Source: an uncultured Bacteroides sp. (GTDB lineage Bacteria > Bacteroidota > Bacteroidia > Bacteroidales > JACABE01). From it: DNA of 64,000 nt. Under the pieces are notes generated by a model. It saw only the letters and a program-made list of their open reading frames with translations, made no database searches and was not told where the DNA came from. Location: NCBI GenBank assembly GCA_964634005.1, contig CAZWKQ010000004.1, positions 42,105 through 106,104 on the forward strand. Reading direction: 5' to 3'. The translations under genes and the position numbers were made by a program. Every line of letters begins with the position of its first letter. Position 1 is the stretch's first letter. This document shows, in pieces, positions 60,506 to 64,000 of the stretch.

Positions 60506-60705
60506 AAAAAAAAACCCGCAATTGATTTTTTGGGTGTAGTAAACCCCAAAAATATACTTATAGGGCTGCCAGAAACATCAAACGTCCACTGTCTCAAAAA
60601 AATGAGAACCTGCAAGCAGGTTGAGGCCTGTTTTTAATCCCTTTGAGCTTATCCCTAATGATTGTAATGTTGAGTTTACAAACTGAAATAAATCAATGCG
60701 GGTAT
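60506..60705 (-). ncRNA. Candidate structured small RNA (about 200 nt; 6S-like is one hypothesis)
   Basis: Five properly nested complementary segments are visible:
- 60514-60528 with 60690-60703 (14 bp, one bulge).
- GTAAAC 60539-60544 with GTTTAC 60674-60679.
- TAGGG 60561-60565 with CCCTA 60653-60657.
- CTCAAA 60593-60598 with TTTGAG 60642-60647.
- Apical hairpin AACCTG-CAAG-CAGGTT at 60607-60622.
On the minus strand the closing helix is followed by U9. The region is locally more GC-rich than the other intergenic spacers. Confidence 0.45.
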
Positions 60706-60752
60706 ATCTTTCGATATGTGTATAAAATTTTCAAAGAACGCGCCTTCTAATT

Positions 60753-61040
60753 TTACGATATATTTTCACTTAATACTTTGTCAATTTCTTTTAATTTTAT
60801 TTCCAACTCTTTATCTCTAAATTCTGCTTCTTCCTCCAGCTTCAATGTGCTTGTTGTGTATTGTAAAGCTACCATTGCCAACAAATCCTGTTTATCCTTA
60901 AAAGCATAATTTTGAGCATATTCCATCAATTTCTCTGACAACAATTTGGTTGCTTTTCTGAAAATCTCTTCCTCTTCTCTTTCTATCGTAAGCTTGTAAT
61001 GCCTGTCTGCTATCCTCACCGTTATCGAGATTTCACTCAT
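60753..61040 (-). CDS. zapA: Cell division protein ZapA
   Basis: 95 aa. The N-terminal beta segment (ISITVRIADRHYKLTIEREEE) followed by a helical tail is the typical ZapA layout. Confidence 0.7.
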   Translation of the reverse strand: MSEISITVRIADRHYKLTIEREEEEIFRKATKLLSEKLMEYAQNYAFKDKQDLLAMVALQYTTSTLKLEEEAEFRDKELEIKLKEIDKVLSENIS

Positions 61041-61060
61041 ACAACCTTTTTATAATATAT

Positions 61061-61348
61061 CTATTTATTTAAAAGACCTATACACTTATCTATTTCCCGC
61101 AGCATTTCGTTAATCTTGACTTTTTGTTCAAAAGTATTTGAACTGCCTTCTAACGATTTTGCTATTTTCAACACTTTAATTTTTTCTTCTAGCTCTTTTA
61201 TTATTTTTTTTTGTTCTTCAATTATTTGTTCGTACTCTTTATTTTTGTCATTTAATATCTTATTCTCTTCATCTAACCTTTTGTTTGTATTTATAAGCTT
61301 TCTTAGTTTATATTCTACTCCTGACAATAAGAGTTTTAATTCATGCAT
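61061..61348 (-). CDS. Small coiled-coil protein (ZapB-like?), hypothetical
   Basis: 95 aa, almost entirely heptad-like and Lys/Glu-rich. It lies 20 nt upstream of zapA on the same strand. Confidence 0.5.
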   Translation of the reverse strand: MHELKLLLSGVEYKLRKLINTNKRLDEENKILNDKNKEYEQIIEEQKKIIKELEEKIKVLKIAKSLEGSSNTFEQKVKINEMLREIDKCIGLLNK

Positions 61349-61380
61349 AAAAAATTAATTATCCCCTCACAATTGTTCTA

Positions 61381-61388
61381 CAAAAATA
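61381..61388 (-). promoter_or_regulatory. -7 promoter box (TATTTTTG on minus strand) for the coiled-coil/zapA gene pair
   Basis: The plus strand reads CAAAAATA, about 33 nt upstream of the start codon at 61348. Confidence 0.4.
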
Positions 61389-61484
61389 CATTATTTTTTC
61401 TCAAAAAACAAGTAGAAAAACATCTTGATTTCTTAAAATTTTATAATTCGATATCTTCAACAAACATAACTTACAACAATACTT

Positions 61485-61922
61485 TTACTGTTTTGTTTCA
61501 TTGTCTTTTATATAAAATCTTATCGGCATAATCATTTGAAATCTTACGTTATTTCCACCCGATTTTGCCGGTATCCAGTTTGGCATAAGTTTTACAACTC
61601 TCACTGCTTCTTCATCACATCCTCCTCCAATACCTTTGTTTACTTTAACATTTGTAATTTTTCCGTCCGATTCGACAATAAAAGATATATATACAGTACC
61701 CATAATGTTCTTATCCTGAGCCTCCTGAGGATATTGCAGATTTTTTGAAATGAATTTAATCCGTTTTTCCTCTCCTCCCGGAAATTTGGGATATGAATCG
61801 ACTTTTACAAAAATATTATCAGAATTATCGGTTTTCTGATTTTGAGAATAAACAAACTTATTCGAAATAAATGCCAATAAAATTGTTATTATTATGTATT
61901 TAAACCATTTCATTTTTTTCAA
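61485..61922 (-). CDS. TonB C-terminal-domain (energy transducer TonB family) protein
   Basis: 145 aa with a signal/anchor and a TonB_C fold signature (PKFPGGEEKRIKFISKNLQYPQEAQDKNIMGTVYISFIVESDGKITNVKV). Confidence 0.75.
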   Translation of the reverse strand: MKKMKWFKYIIITILLAFISNKFVYSQNQKTDNSDNIFVKVDSYPKFPGGEEKRIKFISKNLQYPQEAQDKNIMGTVYISFIVESDGKITNVKVNKGIGGGCDEEAVRVVKLMPNWIPAKSGGNNVRFQMIMPIRFYIKDNETKQ

Positions 61923-61963
61923 TTTTGTGGTAAAATTAATATTTTTACAGCAAATATTTATAT

Positions 61964-63238
61964 ATGACTGAAGAATTTATTCATTACTTATGGAAATACA
62001 AATTATTAAAAGGTGATTTAACTCTGGTTACAGGTGAAAATTTCCAAGTAATAAACACAGGAATTAATAATAAAGATGCCGGTCCCGACTTTTTAAATGC
62101 CAAAGTCAGAATAAATAATGTTACTTGGGCAGGAAACATTGAGATACATGTAAATTCATCCGATTGGTATGCTCATAATCATCAAAACGATAAATCTTAC
62201 GACAATATAATTCTTCATGTAGTTTATAACAATAATTCAACTGTAAAACGAGAAAACGGAGAAATAATCCCAACTTTGGAAATTAAAGACAAATTTGACT
62301 CTTCTTTGTTTGAAAATTATCAAAATATAATTGCATCGAAAAACTGGATTCCGTGCGAGAAACAATTTAACAAAATCGAACCTGCGTATTTTAATATGTG
62401 GCTCGAACGTATTGTTATTGAACGCATTGAAAGAAAAGTAGAAGATTTGCGACAAAAATTTTATTTTAACAAACTCGACTGGGAACAAACATTTTATGAA
62501 TCAATAGCAAGAGGTTTCGGATTTAAACTAAACTCAGAACCATTTGAAATGTTGGCAAAATCTATACCTCTTTCGTGCCTTGCAAAACATATAAACGATG
62601 AAACTCAAATAAACGCACTTATTTTCGGACAAGCCGGATTACTAAATGACAAATACACCGACTCTTATCCTCAAAATCTATACAGTGAATACACTTTTTT
62701 AAGAAAAAAATATAATTTAAAACCATTACAATCGAATTTATGGAGGTTTTTAAGAATAAGACCAAATAATTTTCCCACTGTAAGACTTTCGCAATTTGCT
62801 CAGTTAATATTCAAATCAAGAAAATTGTTTTCAAAAATTATAGAAGCAGAGGATTACGATACCCTTAACCAGCTTTTTAAGGTTAAAGCATCGTCTTATT
62901 TTGACAATCACTTTTTGTTTGATGAAAAAGTTGCCGTTTCAAAGGAAAAACAACTCGGGAAGTCTGCTATTGATTTACTTGTAATTAATGTAGTTGTACC
63001 TTTTCTTTTTCTTTATTCTATTGAAAAGGATGACCCATTATACAAAAACAGAGCATTAAAAATTATTGAGAACATAAAACCGGAATCGAATTCAACAATC
63101 AAAAAATGGGCATCATTAGGTTTTAAGGCTGAAAATTCAATGCAATCACAAGCTTTACTTGAGTTGACGGAAAAATATTGTTTTAACAAAAGATGTCTTG
63201 ATTGCGTTGTGGGTGTTAAAATATTAAATAATGAATAA
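61964..63238 (+). CDS. DUF2851-family protein
   Basis: 424 aa. The N-terminus EEFIHYLWKYKLL and the C-terminal Cys cluster (CFNKRCLDCVVG) match my recollection of DUF2851 proteins of Bacteroidota. Confidence 0.6.
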   Translation: MTEEFIHYLWKYKLLKGDLTLVTGENFQVINTGINNKDAGPDFLNAKVRINNVTWAGNIEIHVNSSDWYAHNHQNDKSYDNIILHVVYNNNSTVKRENGEIIPTLEIKDKFDSSLFENYQNIIASKNWIPCEKQFNKIEPAYFNMWLERIVIERIERKVEDLRQKFYFNKLDWEQTFYESIARGFGFKLNSEPFEMLAKSIPLSCLAKHINDETQINALIFGQAGLLNDKYTDSYPQNLYSEYTFLRKKYNLKPLQSNLWRFLRIRPNNFPTVRLSQFAQLIFKSRKLFSKIIEAEDYDTLNQLFKVKASSYFDNHFLFDEKVAVSKEKQLGKSAIDLLVINVVVPFLFLYSIEKDDPLYKNRALKIIENIKPESNSTIKKWASLGFKAENSMQSQALLELTEKYCFNKRCLDCVVGVKILNNE

Positions 63239-63241
63239 TGT

Positions 63242-64000
63242 ATGGCAAAAACTCGAAATATCAAAGGAAATAAGTTTTTGTATTATATTGAAAAAAGTGG
63301 TAATTCATTGCCAAACCCTGCATTACTTTTTGGTATATTCGGATTATTGACATTAATAATTTCGGCAATAGGTTATTACTTAGGATGGGCAGGCAAACAC
63401 CCTGCAAATGGAGAAATTATTACTGTAGTTAATTTACTTTCAGTAGATGGACTTCACAGAATAATACTTGAGATGGTAAACAACTATACGGGTTTTGCAC
63501 CTTTGGGTATTGTTATGGTTGCTATGCTCGGAATAGGAGTAGCCGAAAGCAGCGGTCTGATAAAATCGGCAATAAATGTCCTACTGACAAAAGCCCCTAA
63601 AAATTGGGTTACATTTATTATTATTTTTTCGGGAATTTAATCAAATACGGCTTCCGATTTAGGCTATATTCTGATAATACCTCTAGCAGGCATTATTTTC
63701 CATTCTATGGGAAGGCACCCTATAGCAGGCATATCTGCTGCATTTGCAGGAGTCAGCGGAGGGTTCAGTGCCAATTTGCTTATCGGGACTATAGACCCTC
63801 TTTTAGCCGGATTATCAACAGAAGCAGCAAGAATAATCGATCCGGGCTATTATGTAATGCCTACTGCAAATTAATATTTTATGGTTGCTTCTACCTTTTT
63901 GATAGCTATTATTGGCACATGGGTAAACAAAGTCTGGATAGAACCAAAATTGGGAATTTACAAGGGCGATGTTGCTAAAGAGGATATTTCACAGCTTAGT
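63242..64000 (+). pseudogene. abgT: AbgT-family (p-aminobenzoyl-glutamate/antimetabolite) transporter interrupted by two in-frame TAA codons; 3' end beyond the window
   Basis: The frame that starts at 63242 reads AbgT-like sequence up to FIIIFSGI. It then hits TAA at 63638-63640 and continues in the same frame with [78 protein letters not shown] second TAA follows at 63872-63874, then YFMVASTFLIAIIGTWV... No frameshift is needed. Confidence 0.7.

Noticed and set aside
60456-60521. The ORF track starts rny at 60521 ([22 protein letters not shown]...).
   Set aside because: The extra 22 residues are encoded by an A/T run and by one arm of the predicted RNA closing helix, and they do not resemble an RNase Y N-terminus. 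The ATG at 60455 begins directly with the expected TM helix ([12 protein letters not shown]).
63604-63978. A 124-aa ORF in another frame across the AbgT region, which could suggest a frameshift.
   Set aside because: Its translation ([23 protein letters not shown]...) is compositional noise. The AbgT homology continues in the original frame through the TAA codons, so no frameshift is involved.
1-64000. A search for CRISPR arrays, tRNA/rRNA genes, transposases, integrases, phage genes, toxin-antitoxin pairs and known defence-system domains.
   Set aside because: No direct-repeat/spacer periodicity, no cloverleaf-capable GC-rich segments and no recombinase, nuclease or reverse-transcriptase-like ORFs were seen. 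Every long ORF is accounted for by housekeeping or envelope functions.

Overview
This is a visibly AT-rich 64-kb chromosomal segment; I judge it to be roughly one-third G+C by eye, not computed. The gene content points to a Bacteroidota (Bacteroidia/Flavobacteriia-like) genome. Supporting signs are a short 287-aa primary sigma factor, a GldB-like lipoprotein, a T9SS C-terminal sorting domain on a secreted protease, DUF3098 and DUF2851 proteins, and TAnnTTTG-type -7 promoter boxes in front of many genes.

About 50 genes are tightly packed and almost all are housekeeping:
- DNA repair and recombination: mutL, rmuC, topoisomerase IV B.
- Translation and RNA metabolism: rpsO-pnp, leuS, miaA, truB, rlmB, cca-like, typA, rny, prmA.
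- Metabolism: serC-serA, fumC, aroC, tpiA, nadE.
- Envelope and division: plsY, uppP, ftsX, zapA.
- Stress: clpB.
- A complete rseC / rnfBCDGEA electron-transport locus followed by corA.

I found no rRNA, tRNA, CRISPR array, transposase, integrase, phage gene or recognisable defence system. I cannot point to a convincing new multi-gene system, so this looks like core chromosome.

The observations most worth a second look are:
1. A roughly 200-nt intergenic element between zapA and rny with five properly nested complementary segments and a U-tract. It is a candidate structured sRNA, possibly 6S-like.
2. An RnfG subunit that is an internal tandem duplication with two FMN-binding modules.
3. An AbgT-family transporter gene that stays in frame and conserved across two TAA codons.
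4. A 12-mer, TTAACCCAAATT, that recurs three times, always as the left arm of an inverted repeat at gene 3' ends. This could be a terminator family or an uptake-signal-like arrangement.
5. Shine-Dalgarno-like motifs with fixed 8-nt spacing and GTG/TTG starts in the rnf operon, in a genome that otherwise lacks SD sequences.
6. A 1509-aa secreted protein of unknown function that overlaps prmA.
7. A C10 protease (CUB-like domain plus T9SS tail) apparently co-transcribed with a TonB-dependent receptor.

All functional calls come from reading the translated ORFs and the nucleotide sequence by eye. No database search was run.
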